The notes below the pieces were generated by a model. It had not been told where the DNA came from. It saw only the letters and a list, made by a program, of their open reading frames with translations, and did not search any database. A DNA stretch of 58,040 nt from Polyangiales bacterium (lineage in GTDB: Bacteria; Myxococcota_A; Polyangia; Polyangiales; Polyangiaceae): the NCBI GenBank assembly GCA_038230375.1, contig JBBRNJ010000059.1, positions 1 through 58,040 of the forward strand, in the 5' to 3' direction. The first letter of the stretch is position 1. Each line of letters opens with the position of its first letter. Shown here in pieces: positions 7,727 through 17,964 of the stretch. Made by a program: the position numbers and the translations under genes.

Positions 7727-9634
7727 TCACTTCCACATGAGGCATGCGCCCGGCGTGTCGTCTGCGATGAGCTTCTGATCGCGGCCCATCCAGTACGCGA
7801 CGAGGTAGTCGACACCGGGGAATGTCTGCCCTGGATTTCCGGCGTCGTAGAGCGACCACGGCGCACGTTGCCACATGAAGTCGCCCGGCGGGCGATCGCC
7901 GACATCCACGGCGGTCGCATGATCAACCTGGTCCGCACACGTCGCGTCGTGCGGATACTTCACGCTCTGTCGTAGGTCGACGGCACGCTGCACGTTCGGC
8001 GGCGCCACGAAGCCCGCGAGCTGTGAGGCCGCGTCAGGCGCGACGCTCGGGTCGGCCGCTGGAAAACTGTTCGTGTAGATGAAGGAGAAGAACGGGTTCT
8101 TCGTGTGCACGAACGCAGGCCACATCTTCGCGTTCAAGATCTGATCACGGATCACGCTCCGGCGCTGCGGATCGTCCTCGAGCCGCGCAAGGTTGTACAT
8201 GGGCTCCATGGTGATGTTGTTGGCGTAGTAGCCGGTGCCGCAGCCATCGTTCGACGACCACTGCGCGCCCAGCGCGAGCCAGTCCTTCGCGCTGCCGCCA
8301 GTGCCGGAGTGTGATGTGTAGTATGCAAGTATTGCGTCGCGGTCCTTCTTCTCGGCCGGCACACCATCGGTGACCATGAGCGCCACGCGGAAGAACGACG
8401 CGAGCATGATGGCGCTCGAGGCGCGCACGATCGGCGGCGTGAGCCCGAGCCCGGGGAACTGGCGCACGACGTCGGCGAGGTCCGGGGTGAACTCCTGGAA
8501 GCCGTGCATGGTGACGCTCTTCGACCCGCTCGACTCGATGATGAAGTCGACGGCCCCGTTGTCCATCTCGCGCGCGTCCAGCACGACGAAGCGCATCGTC
8601 ACCGTGTTCACCGGGAGCGAGATGCCGTTGTACGTGAGGTGCACCGGGACGGAGCGATCCTTCATCAGCTCCTTCACGAAGGCGACGACATCTGCCCGGA
8701 TGAGCGCGCGCGTCTCCTCACCCGCGGAGCCGAGCGCCTCGTAGGCGATCGCATAGCCGAGCATGAGACCTTGGTACTGGTCGCGGCTGATGTCACCGAT
8801 GAAGTCGTACGTCTCGCCCGCGTACGGGATCTTGCAGTGGACCCGCGACGCGTTGCAATCCAGATCGGGAATCGCGAACGGCAACGGAGCGCCCGACTTC
8901 AGCGCGTAACGCGCAAGGATGCCGGCTTCACCGGAGACATTCGCGAAGAGGTGCATCGTACGCACGAGCCGCTCGACGCTCGCGCGCGCCTCCGACGAGC
9001 CCGTTGCACGGAGCCTCAGCGCCTCGGCAGCGAGATACGTGCCGGTGAAGAGCGCGGAGTCACCGATGTCGTTCTCCACGTCGACCTTCGAGAACACGCC
9101 CGGGTCCGAGTAGTGTGCGTTCGCGACGCCGCCGAACGGCATGCCGTCCTTGCGCAGCCACGTCTGATAGGCGCGCGCGCGGGCGTTCGTCGAAGTCGCT
9201 GGCAGGTTCGAGACGGCGCCGCCGGTCTTGGCATCCGCAAGAGCGCAGCTCTTCGCGCCGTTGACGTCGCCGAGCGCGCACTCGTCGGAGCACGCGGCGA
9301 CACTACATGCACCCTGCACGCATCCGCTGCCCGTGGCGCAGCCAGTCGTCTGCCATTGACCGTTCACGCAGGCGCGCGCGGTCGCGTGGTCCGTGCAGGT
9401 GGCCTCCCCATTCACGCACACGGACGCCGTACTGCCCGAGTCCTTGGCCGCGCCCGCGCCGCCAGCGTCGGTCTTGCCTCCGCCTCCAGGCCCCTCCCCC
9501 GCTCCGCCATCAGCGGTCCCATTGCCTACGTCGGGATCAATGCCACCGTCACCACCGGAGCTTCCGCAGCCGAACGGCATGCATGCAAGGAGCACCAGCG
9601 GGACCAGAGCGAACAGGGCCGAGACTCGACGCAT
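7727..9634 (-). CDS. Lipoprotein with Cys-rich linker and a probable (alpha/alpha)-barrel glycosidase-like domain
   Basis: LLAC lipobox, GDSALFTGTYLAAEALR, GDISRDQYQG, GVDYLVAYWMGR, GGAGG RBS. Confidence 0.65.
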   Translation of the reverse strand: MRRVSALFALVPLVLLACMPFGCGSSGGDGGIDPDVGNGTADGGAGEGPGGGGKTDAGGAGAAKDSGSTASVCVNGEATCTDHATARACVNGQWQTTGCATGSGCVQGACSVAACSDECALGDVNGAKSCALADAKTGGAVSNLPATSTNARARAYQTWLRKDGMPFGGVANAHYSDPGVFSKVDVENDIGDSALFTGTYLAAEALRLRATGSSEARASVERLVRTMHLFANVSGEAGILARYALKSGAPLPFAIPDLDCNASRVHCKIPYAGETYDFIGDISRDQYQGLMLGYAIAYEALGSAGEETRALIRADVVAFVKELMKDRSVPVHLTYNGISLPVNTVTMRFVVLDAREMDNGAVDFIIESSGSKSVTMHGFQEFTPDLADVVRQFPGLGLTPPIVRASSAIMLASFFRVALMVTDGVPAEKKDRDAILAYYTSHSGTGGSAKDWLALGAQWSSNDGCGTGYYANNITMEPMYNLARLEDDPQRRSVIRDQILNAKMWPAFVHTKNPFFSFIYTNSFPAADPSVAPDAASQLAGFVAPPNVQRAVDLRQSVKYPHDATCADQVDHATAVDVGDRPPGDFMWQRAPWSLYDAGNPGQTFPGVDYLVAYWMGRDQKLIADDTPGACLMWK

Positions 9635-9722
9635 CGCATCCTCCGACGTGACGGCGCCCACGTGGAAGGCGCCTCGTCGCGGAAGCGATAGCACACAATT
9701 TGCCTATGTCAGGCAAATACAA

Positions 9723-10439
9723 TCAGTGGCCGCCATCGGGCTTGAGGAACCCGGGCGGGATCATCGGGTGGCCCGCGTCCAGCACCGGCTTCGGCGCGCC
9801 TGCGTCCTTCACCACATGCGGCGCCTCCACGACGCAGACCTGCACGTGACCGAACGGGACGATGTTGCCCTTGTCGTCGGTGGAGCTCGTGTCCTCGCAC
9901 TGCGCGGGCTTCGTGCACTCGCTGTCTTCCTGACATTGCTTGCGGCACTTCAGGCTGCCGTCGTCGCTGCCAGCGACCGAGAGCGCCTCGCCAGCGGCGC
10001 AGGTGGGCACCTTGGCCACGACCTTTGGGAGGACCTTGGGCGTCTGGAATGCGGACTTTGGCACCCAGCCTTCGAGCTTGCGTGTGGCGTCTTTCGGATC
10101 GTCGAACGTCACCAGGTAGTACCCGTTGTGGTCCACGATTTGCGTGACGGTCGTGCCCGCCTTGAGCGACGCGACGACGTCGCCCTTCGGCACGGATTTG
10201 CGCGCGTCGGTGGACCAGGCCTTCACGGTCGCGTCGCCATCGAGCGCGGTCTCGTCGGTGGGGTACCGCTTGATGTCCGCCTCATTCGCGATCGCGCTCA
10301 CGGCACCTGCGTCAACCACGGCGACCGCCGCGTCGTCCCCGGCGTCTCCGCCACCCCCCTTCTTCGGACAGCCCGTGAGCATGGCGGTGGCAAGAACGGC
10401 GAGCGTGACTGAGCAAGCGAGGGTGCGCATGGTCGGCAT
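9723..10439 (-). CDS. Lipoprotein with SH3-like and Cys-rich domains
   Basis: LTGC lipobox, VASLKAGTTV...YYLV...EGWV SH3b-like pattern. Confidence 0.6.
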   Translation of the reverse strand: MPTMRTLACSVTLAVLATAMLTGCPKKGGGGDAGDDAAVAVVDAGAVSAIANEADIKRYPTDETALDGDATVKAWSTDARKSVPKGDVVASLKAGTTVTQIVDHNGYYLVTFDDPKDATRKLEGWVPKSAFQTPKVLPKVVAKVPTCAAGEALSVAGSDDGSLKCRKQCQEDSECTKPAQCEDTSSTDDKGNIVPFGHVQVCVVEAPHVVKDAGAPKPVLDAGHPMIPPGFLKPDGGH

Positions 10440-10517
10440 TCTTACAGAACGCCCCTGCCCTGGTCACACTTCCAGCAAAAGCGGCCCCAGGACGCCGTCG
10501 ACGCGCCGTAGGAGCCG

Positions 10518-12395
10518 TCACATCCCGAAGGCGGCGTTCGCGGCCTGTGGGACCGGGATCGCGCCCATCGACAGGAAGCGGTCGTGGAAGGACTGGAGCG
10601 TGAACGCGGAGCCCTCCTTTGCCTTCACGGCGTCGCGCAGCTTCTTGATCGAGATCTTCCCGTACGTGTACGTGAACATGTTGACCGGGCGGACCATGCC
10701 GCGGCGCGCCTCCATCTTTGCCGCGTCGGGCGCGAGCAGTCCGTCCGTCTCCAGCCGCTTCGCCGCTGCTGCGAGCGTGAGCGTTCCGTCCGCCTCCCCC
10801 ACGTCCACCACGACGCGCGTGGCGCGCTGCAGCGCGAAGCGAAGATAGAACGCCTGCGCGCGCGCCTTGTCACCACCCGCGGGCGGGAAGTCGGCAAGCA
10901 GCGCGGCCTCTTCGCAGTAGTGAGCCCAGCCCTCGCCAGACGTGCTGGTCCACACCAGCTTGCGGACCTTGGACGGCGATGCGCGGAGGAAGAGCGCCTG
11001 CAGATAGTGGCCCGGCAATCCTTCGTGAATGCTCACGCCGTCCAGCGCGCCACGCGCGTGGAAGGAGAGCAGCGCGTTCCTGCGCGGCGCCGGCATCTGC
11101 GCGTTCGGGATGTTCACCTCGAAGTGCGCGTCGCTGATGCTGTCCAGCGGGCCTGCTACGTTCATGCTCGCGAAGGTGATGCCGCGCATGTGCGGCGGGG
11201 TCTCCACCACCTCGAGCTTTGCCTTCTCCCACGGCACCGTGACGAACGCGCTCTTCTTGAGCCACTCCTCCACGCGGTTCGCGGACGCCTTGTACTCCGC
11301 GAGCACGGTCTCCGGCTTCGGCTGATCGGTCTCCATGCGCTTCAGGAAGGTCTGGCGCGTTTCGCCTGGCTTTCCTGCGGTCTTCATGAGCGCGTCGAGC
11401 TCACCCTGGAGACGTGCGATCTCGTCCTCACCCATCTTCTTCACGTCCGCGGGCGACTCGTTCACGCCCTCCGTCAGCTTCGCGACCTTGCCCCATGCCT
11501 CTGCGCCAATGGGCTGCTCCTCCGCCTTGTCCGCGGGGAACGTCTTCGCGACGTCCTTCGCGTACAGGTCGATCGCGCGCGCGGCCTCCTCCGCGTTCTT
11601 GCGAAGGCGCGCCACAAGCGCAGCGTCGTTGCCGACTGTCTTCGGGTCGACCTTGGTGACGTTGGAGTGGAGGAGCATCACGAGCCCCTTCGACACCATC
11701 TCCGCGTTCTCCAGGCAGGCCTTGCGGGGCTTGTCCAGCCGGCCGCGCGCAGTCGCGAGCAGCGCGGGCACCTTGCCAAGGCGCGACGACAGCGCGTCCA
11801 TGCGCGTCTGCAGCGGCGCGTACGGATGCGCAAGGATGCGATCCATTCCGTAGCCGATCATCATGAGGACCTGCCCGGGATCCTTCTCGTACGGCCTCAC
11901 GGCGGCGGCGTACTCCGCCTCGCCCGCGAGCTTGTCGGCCAGCACGCGCGCGTCCAGCGCGGGCCGGTCCGTGCCAAAGTCGGCGATCTGTGTACCCTGC
12001 ACGGTTTGCGGCGACACCTTCGAGATCTCGCGCAGGCCATCCGCGCGGGTGCGGAAGTCGGCAATGGTCTGCGCCTCTCCGTCCTTCGTGATGTCGGGCC
12101 ACGCATCGTCGAAGCGGTGATCGCCGAGCGCGGTGGCCCACACCGGGTTGCGCGAGAACCACGACTCGATGCCCTCGTTGATCGCCGTGCGATAGAGGCC
12201 AGCGTCCTGCCCCGGCTGCGGAACGGGCGCGACGGGCTCCGGCGGCGGCGTGGTCGTGACCGGCGTGGCGGACGCTGTGGTGGGCGGCGGCATGGGCGCG
12301 ACCGCCGGTGGCGGATCGCCGCACGCACCGAGCGCAAGAAGCGATACGAACGAAACAAGGAGCGACGCGACCGTGGTTCTGCCGAGCTTGCGCAT
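10518..12395 (-). CDS. DUF885 family lipoprotein (putative zinc metallopeptidase)
   Basis: LGAC lipobox, PVWATALGDHRFD, HEGLPGHYLQ, EGWAHYCE, FHDRFLSMG. Confidence 0.9.
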   Translation of the reverse strand: MRKLGRTTVASLLVSFVSLLALGACGDPPPAVAPMPPPTTASATPVTTTPPPEPVAPVPQPGQDAGLYRTAINEGIESWFSRNPVWATALGDHRFDDAWPDITKDGEAQTIADFRTRADGLREISKVSPQTVQGTQIADFGTDRPALDARVLADKLAGEAEYAAAVRPYEKDPGQVLMMIGYGMDRILAHPYAPLQTRMDALSSRLGKVPALLATARGRLDKPRKACLENAEMVSKGLVMLLHSNVTKVDPKTVGNDAALVARLRKNAEEAARAIDLYAKDVAKTFPADKAEEQPIGAEAWGKVAKLTEGVNESPADVKKMGEDEIARLQGELDALMKTAGKPGETRQTFLKRMETDQPKPETVLAEYKASANRVEEWLKKSAFVTVPWEKAKLEVVETPPHMRGITFASMNVAGPLDSISDAHFEVNIPNAQMPAPRRNALLSFHARGALDGVSIHEGLPGHYLQALFLRASPSKVRKLVWTSTSGEGWAHYCEEAALLADFPPAGGDKARAQAFYLRFALQRATRVVVDVGEADGTLTLAAAAKRLETDGLLAPDAAKMEARRGMVRPVNMFTYTYGKISIKKLRDAVKAKEGSAFTLQSFHDRFLSMGAIPVPQAANAAFGM

Positions 12396-12441
12396 GGGCC
12401 GGCACTCTACAACGAGAACGGACGCCAACGAGGCTATTTGG

Positions 12442-13248
12442 CTAGCCGGCGAGCGTGCGCCACGATGGGCGGGGTGCGCGGTCGATACGCATGAGCGTGC
12501 CTTCGGGGAGCTCGTGCCACGCCTCGTCCGTGATCTTCTCCGACGCGACAAAGACGGCGTGACGGCGCGAGGACTTCGGCGGCTCGCTGTCGGGACCTTC
12601 GAGCTGCAGGCGACGGATCGAGTTCGGCTCGTGCGGTCTGCGCTCCAGGATGAAGAGCGAGCGACCGAAGCGATGCGCGTATGTGACGTCGCCGTCGGAC
12701 AGGAGAAAGTTGAACGTGCCCAGGTCCGCGCGGGAGCGCAGCACGGCAGTGATGCGCGCGAGGGTCTGGTCCGCGCGATCGCGTCCGTCGGAGTCGTGCG
12801 CGGAGGCGTTGTCGAGCGCGGTGAGCACGTGCGCAAAGAGCAGCTCGCTGTCGGTGTCTCCACGAACCTCGGCAAGACGCGCCTCGGAGGTGTGCGCGCG
12901 CAGATACGCCGTGTCCTTCACCGTGCCGTTGTGCGCGAACACCCAGCGGCCGCGGCGGAACGGATGCGTGTTGTCGATCGACGTGGGGCCCACGGTCTTC
13001 TTGCGGATGTGCGCGACGAGCGTGGTGCCGCGCGCCTCGAGCGCGTGCTCGTGGAACATCTCGTCGAGCTTGGCGCAGCGCGCTTGCTTCTGGATGCGGA
13101 AGCCGTCCGGGTGCGAGTCGTTGTGGACGGCGATGCCCCAGCCATCGGGATGCTCTTCGGAGAGCACGGCAAGGCTCCGCGGGGACTCACGCAAGAGGAT
13201 GCGGAAGGCGGTGGGCTCGGAGGAGACAATCCCAAGCAGGCGGCACAT
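12442..13248 (-). CDS. Class II glutamine amidotransferase (YafJ/EgtC-like)
   Basis: MCRLLG, HPDGWG, AHIR, NTHPF, FAHNG, GDTDSE, VASE. Confidence 0.9.
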   Translation of the reverse strand: MCRLLGIVSSEPTAFRILLRESPRSLAVLSEEHPDGWGIAVHNDSHPDGFRIQKQARCAKLDEMFHEHALEARGTTLVAHIRKKTVGPTSIDNTHPFRRGRWVFAHNGTVKDTAYLRAHTSEARLAEVRGDTDSELLFAHVLTALDNASAHDSDGRDRADQTLARITAVLRSRADLGTFNFLLSDGDVTYAHRFGRSLFILERRPHEPNSIRRLQLEGPDSEPPKSSRRHAVFVASEKITDEAWHELPEGTLMRIDRAPRPSWRTLAG

Positions 13249-13321
13249 GAGGGGTCACCGATGAGGGTGACATGTCCCGCGGAAAACGCCGAATTTCCAG
13301 CAGACGCTGTAGCATCGTGGG

Positions 13322-13951
13322 ATGGGTAGTGGGCTGCTTGTCCTGACGATCGCAGCCGCGCTGGCCTCCGCCTCATGCACGCGCTCCGAGCCGCCGCCGC
13401 GGGCGAGCCCGGCGAACGTGCCCCCGCCTCCGTCAGTGGCCGAGCGCGTCGATGGTCCGGAGCCCGCACGCATCCGGGCGCTCGTGCTCGATTCGCATAC
13501 ATGGAATCGCGCAACACGTACGGCGCTCCAGAAGCTCGCGGACTGCCGCGCAGTGTCCGAACGTGAGGACTCGACGCATCGCAAGGGAGAGAAGTTTCAC
13601 CTCTACGTGAAGGGCGAAAGGCAGCAGATGATCGCCTATCAGGACGGAAAGCCGCTTGCGCCGGGCACGGTGATCGTCAAGCGCACGTTCACGCCGCGCC
13701 GGATCGACGGCGGCGTCGTGATGGGGATGACCGCCGAAGAAGACGGCGATCTCACGGCGTTCTTCCTGATGGAAAACGTGGCCGGCAAGAACCCAGCTGG
13801 CGGCGACTGGCTGTATGCAACTACGCGCCCCGACGGAACCGTCCTCCGCGCCGGCGCGCTTGCCGACTGCATGGCATGCCATGAGAAGCGCCGCGAACAG
13901 GGCTTCTTGTTCGGTCTGGACTACCGCTACGGCACGCTCCCGCAGCGGTGA
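13322..13951 (+). CDS. Cytochrome P460 family lipoprotein
   Basis: PGTVIVK, GGDWLY, C-terminal CMACH heme c motif. Confidence 0.75.
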   Translation: MGSGLLVLTIAAALASASCTRSEPPPRASPANVPPPPSVAERVDGPEPARIRALVLDSHTWNRATRTALQKLADCRAVSEREDSTHRKGEKFHLYVKGERQQMIAYQDGKPLAPGTVIVKRTFTPRRIDGGVVMGMTAEEDGDLTAFFLMENVAGKNPAGGDWLYATTRPDGTVLRAGALADCMACHEKRREQGFLFGLDYRYGTLPQR

Positions 13952-13983
13952 GTCGGCGCTGTGACAGAGCGCGCGTGACGTGC

Positions 13984-15258
13984 TCACTCGGCGAGCGAGC
14001 GCCCGTTTGTCTCCTTCATCGTGGCGAGGATCACGAAGCCAATCACGCCGTGCGCGAGCACCATGTACGCCGGCAGCGTGGGGTTCTGGAACCGGTCGAT
14101 GAGCCACGTCGAGAGCAGCGGCGCAGTGCCTCCCGCGAGCGCGAGCGTCACGCTGTACGCCACGCTCATCGACATCACGCGCGTGCGCAGCGGGAAGATC
14201 TCCACCGTCATCGCGCCTTGCAGCCCCAGCGCCATGCCGATCGGCACCGCGAGCAGGAGCTGCCCCAGCATGAAGTGCGTCGGCGTGCCGGCGATCATGA
14301 TGCGCATCGCCGACGGCACCACCGCCATCGTCACCACTGTGATCACGAGCATCATGCGCCTGCGCCCGACATGGTCTGACAGCCATCCGCCCAGCGGCTT
14401 GGCCAGCAGCACGACAAAGAGGCTGGCCGTGTTTGCGAGCAGGAAGGCGTCGCCGCCTTCGCCCGTCATCGACTTCCGACGCTCGACCGCGAACGTGAAG
14501 GTCAAGTAGTACGCCGCGTTCGTGGTCGCCACGATGCCGAAGGTCTGGATCATGGGCCGGATGTCGGACGCGAGCGACGCGAAGACGGGTGGGCGCTCTG
14601 CCGCCGCCCGTTCACCGGCCTCCGACTCGCTGATGCCGCGTCGCAGAAGCCAGCCCACGATGCAGAACGACACGCTCGCGATGAATGGAATGCGCCACCC
14701 CCACGCGGACGACGCCGCGCTCCCCAGCGTGTGATTCACTGCCCACGCGGTGCCAGAGCCAAGGATGAAGCCGAGCGTCGTTCCCGCAGCCGTGGAGCTG
14801 CTGATGAGACCGCGCATGCGATTCGACGCGAGCTCCGTCGTGTAGACCATGGAGCCCGTGAACTCACCACCGAGCGAGAACCCCTGCACCAGCCGGAGCA
14901 GCACCAGGAGCACGGGCGCTGCGGTGCCGATCGTCGCGAACGACGGCAAGAGACCGATGGCAAGCGTGGCGCCACCCATGAGGCCAATCGACAGCGTGAG
15001 GAGCGCGCGGCGGCCGATCCGATCGCCGACCGTTCCGAGCACGATGCTCCCGATCGGGCGCGCCGCGAAGCCCAGCGCGAACACAGCGAGCGAGAGGAGC
15101 TGGCGCGCGGTGGGGCTGGACTCCGGGAAGAACTGGCGACCGATGTCGCTCGAGAAATACCCGTAGACCGCGAAGTCAAACCACTCGAGCACGTTGCCGA
15201 TGAGACCAGCCGCCGCGGTGCGGAGCCCGGACTGGTTGCGCGCGGTGTCGGACGTCAC
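13984..15258 (-). CDS. MFS transporter, MHS (ProP-like) family
   Basis: GNVLEWFDFAVYG, GDRIGRR, RLVQGFSLGGE, WGWRIPF, EIFP. Confidence 0.92.
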   Translation of the reverse strand: MTSDTARNQSGLRTAAAGLIGNVLEWFDFAVYGYFSSDIGRQFFPESSPTARQLLSLAVFALGFAARPIGSIVLGTVGDRIGRRALLTLSIGLMGGATLAIGLLPSFATIGTAAPVLLVLLRLVQGFSLGGEFTGSMVYTTELASNRMRGLISSSTAAGTTLGFILGSGTAWAVNHTLGSAASSAWGWRIPFIASVSFCIVGWLLRRGISESEAGERAAAERPPVFASLASDIRPMIQTFGIVATTNAAYYLTFTFAVERRKSMTGEGGDAFLLANTASLFVVLLAKPLGGWLSDHVGRRRMMLVITVVTMAVVPSAMRIMIAGTPTHFMLGQLLLAVPIGMALGLQGAMTVEIFPLRTRVMSMSVAYSVTLALAGGTAPLLSTWLIDRFQNPTLPAYMVLAHGVIGFVILATMKETNGRSLAE

Positions 15259-15271
15259 GCGCCGCAGCCTA

Positions 15272-16459
15272 TCAGTCTTCGTCGCCCACGAAGAACATGC
15301 CCACCGCGCTGCCATCGATGATCGCGACGCCCTCCTCGAAGGTCGTGTTGAGGACTGGCACCCAGCTCGATCCGTTGCCATTTCTGAAGAACATCGCGCC
15401 CGCCTCGAAGGCGGACAGAAAGGTGGATGCGTGGCGCTCTGCGTCGGCGGATGGAAAAACCGGCCTGCCGTACGCCTGCGTCGTGGTGAGCACGGAGACG
15501 AGTGTTGCGTGCGCCTCCGCGCGGGATACCTCACGCCAGGCCTCCGCGATCGGCTGAGAGCCTTGCTCGATCACCATGCGATCGAGGATGTCGTTGAAGG
15601 AGCCGACACGAGCGGCCTCGTACCGGAAGCGATGCAGCACGAGCTTCCAGACGTGCGACGCCACGGCGGCCTCGAGCTCGCGCAGTGTCTGGTCCGACGC
15701 AGACTCGGAGTCGAGGACCAGGTCCACGTTGCACAGCACGCGCTCCATGATGGCAAGCGCGAGCTCCCATTGCGGGGCCCAGCCGCAATCGGGGACATCG
15801 CGACGGCGATCGGGGTGCGCGTCGAGCAGCGCCGTTGGATCCGTGAGCGGAGCATGCGCGGACACGAACGCTGGCGCCAGCTCGTCGTCGCAGCCTGCCG
15901 CGTCGAGCCACCCTGCGTGCCCCGAGATCTCCACGGCGATGCGCGTGCCCGAGGCCGCCGCATAGGCCTGCAGGCGGTCCCTGATCCAGCAGGCGTCGCG
16001 CATCGTGAGCGCCGCCTCTTGCTCCGCCGAGAGTCGCGTAGCTTGCGCCGGTGATCGCGCGAGGCGGACAAAACCCGCCGAGCGTCGCGAGGCATGCACG
16101 TCACCCTCAACCAGCCACCTCGTCACGGGCGCGCCCAGGAAGTATCGGTGCCGGTCCCAGCAACCCACCAGTGGTGATGCGCGCGTCGCGTGCTCCGTCA
16201 CCCACACCATGCTCCGCGTCAGCGTTCCTTCGGACAGATCGCGGTACCCGCGCGCACGTTCCTTGTAACGCCCGAGCAGCTTCTTCGCAGGGTCCTGACC
16301 ATGCGCAAGGGCCGGCGTGCTCACCAGCTGCGGCTCGAGCGACGCGAGCGCGCGCGTGGCATTCCATTCGTTCGCCGCAAGCGCATCGCGACACGCGACG
16401 AGCGACGCGACGGTGGATTCCCACACCGAAAGCAGAAGCTGCACCTGCGCGCGGTCCAT
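15272..16459 (-). CDS. Hypothetical protein
   Basis: Long ORF ending WVPVLNTTFEEGV...DED. Start uncertain. Confidence 0.6.
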   Translation of the reverse strand: MDRAQVQLLLSVWESTVASLVACRDALAANEWNATRALASLEPQLVSTPALAHGQDPAKKLLGRYKERARGYRDLSEGTLTRSMVWVTEHATRASPLVGCWDRHRYFLGAPVTRWLVEGDVHASRRSAGFVRLARSPAQATRLSAEQEAALTMRDACWIRDRLQAYAAASGTRIAVEISGHAGWLDAAGCDDELAPAFVSAHAPLTDPTALLDAHPDRRRDVPDCGWAPQWELALAIMERVLCNVDLVLDSESASDQTLRELEAAVASHVWKLVLHRFRYEAARVGSFNDILDRMVIEQGSQPIAEAWREVSRAEAHATLVSVLTTTQAYGRPVFPSADAERHASTFLSAFEAGAMFFRNGNGSSWVPVLNTTFEEGVAIIDGSAVGMFFVGDED

Positions 16460-16541
16460 TTCACGAGAAATATATACGAAACGGCGCACCCATGACTTTC
16501 GGCACATGCGCGCCACGGATCGCGCCCCTAGCGTGAGGACA

Positions 16542-17138
16542 ATGACGTCCACGCTCACCTCCGTTGCCTGGTTCGCTTCGCTCACACTCCTCGCCTGCGG
16601 CAACGCACCTTGCCTGACCCACGAGAGCACCGGTGTTGGCTGGACCGACGACTCCGGTGCCGTCCTTCGCGTCACCGAGTCGCGCGCCGCCGCGAACCGC
16701 CGATCGGACGCGGGAATCGACGGCCCGCGATTGACCATTCCCGCCGCGACGGACGTGCGCGCGTCCCTCCCCGACCACGACGCGCCGCGTGCGTGCGGCG
16801 GCACCGTCACCGGAACGACGGGCGATGTCTTCCATCGCCAGTCGCTCACCCTGAACGTTCATTTCGACTGCCCGAGCGGACCCGGCGTGTGGACGGCGGA
16901 GGCTCTGCACGCAGAGGTCTGTGACGAATCATGCAGTCCGATCTCTGGAACGCTGACGGTGCGAACTTTCGTGCCACGATGCCCGCTGCGCGGTGGATGC
17001 GGACGCATCAACGCGAAGCTGGACCTCACGACGGACGCGTCTGCGCCTGGTCCAGTAGCGAACGGAACGATCGATCTCTCGTACTCCGAGCAGGTCCACG
17101 AAGACTGCGCGCCAATCGGGCCCTCCGCAGGTGGGTGA
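16542..17138 (+). CDS. Hypothetical lipoprotein
   Basis: GAGG RBS, LLAC lipobox, several Cys. Confidence 0.6.
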   Translation: MTSTLTSVAWFASLTLLACGNAPCLTHESTGVGWTDDSGAVLRVTESRAAANRRSDAGIDGPRLTIPAATDVRASLPDHDAPRACGGTVTGTTGDVFHRQSLTLNVHFDCPSGPGVWTAEALHAEVCDESCSPISGTLTVRTFVPRCPLRGGCGRINAKLDLTTDASAPGPVANGTIDLSYSEQVHEDCAPIGPSAGG

Positions 17139-17149
17139 GCCGTTCGGGC

Positions 17150-17659
17150 TCAGCCCTTTGCCATCTCCGCGAGCTTCGCGACCGTGTTCATGTTGCGCGC
17201 GGTGCCCATCTTCGCCGCGGGGATCTTCAGCTTGGACGTGCCCATGCCTTCGCCGTAGTGAATGTAGATTACACGCGTTCCGAGACGCATCTCCTCATCT
17301 TTCATACCGGTCGCCTGCTCGAGAGCGTCCTTCGGCGGGGTCTCGTCCAGGAAGACTGCGATGGTGCGGTTCGGCGCAGCCTTCGGAAATGGGTTTGCCT
17401 TCAGCACTGATTCGATGTCGGCCGGCGTGCGCACGAACACGCCCACTGGCTTGCCTGCATACTTCGCAAGCGCCGCCTCGAGCGCGGACTTCACCTTCGC
17501 CTCGGCGCCCTTCGCATCGAACACGACGTTGCCGCTCGCGATGTACGTGCGCACGTTCGTGAAGCCTGCGCGCTCGCACATCTTCGTGAGCTCGGTCATC
17601 GGCAGCTTGCCAGTGCCACCCACGTTCACCGCGCGGAGGAGCGCCACGTATCGAGCCAT
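17150..17659 (-). CDS. DUF1697 family protein
   Basis: YVALLRAVNVGG, TYIASGNVVF, TARNMNTV. Confidence 0.92.
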   Translation of the reverse strand: MARYVALLRAVNVGGTGKLPMTELTKMCERAGFTNVRTYIASGNVVFDAKGAEAKVKSALEAALAKYAGKPVGVFVRTPADIESVLKANPFPKAAPNRTIAVFLDETPPKDALEQATGMKDEEMRLGTRVIYIHYGEGMGTSKLKIPAAKMGTARNMNTVAKLAEMAKG

Positions 17660-17674
17660 GACGACGGAGACTAT

Positions 17675-17780
17675 GACATCGACTTCGACTTCGACAACGA
17701 CCTCGACTTCGACAACGACCTCGACTTCGACAACGACCTCGACTTCGACTTCGACTTCGACAACGACCCCGACCTCGACC
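17675..17780. repeat. Intergenic GACNNC hexamer tract, 17 units
   Basis: GACTTC, GACAAC and GACCTC units with a higher-order 18-mer repeated three times. Confidence 0.95.
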
Positions 17781-17964
17781 GACGGCGGTTACACCCCGCT
17801 GTGACCTGTCGTTCGCGTGTAGGACATTGTGCCCATGGTTTTCCCATGGGTTTTTGCCTGCGATGAGGGGGCCTGTGGGTCGGTACGGGACTTGAACTAC
17901 TCCCCCCGCCGCCTGGGACTTGGGGTCCTGACAGGCGCTTCTTTCTACTGGGAGGTTCCATCCT

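Noticed and set aside
12442..13248. Ergothioneine biosynthesis cluster (egtC)
   Set aside because: No egtB or egtD neighbours, so only the amidotransferase family can be supported.
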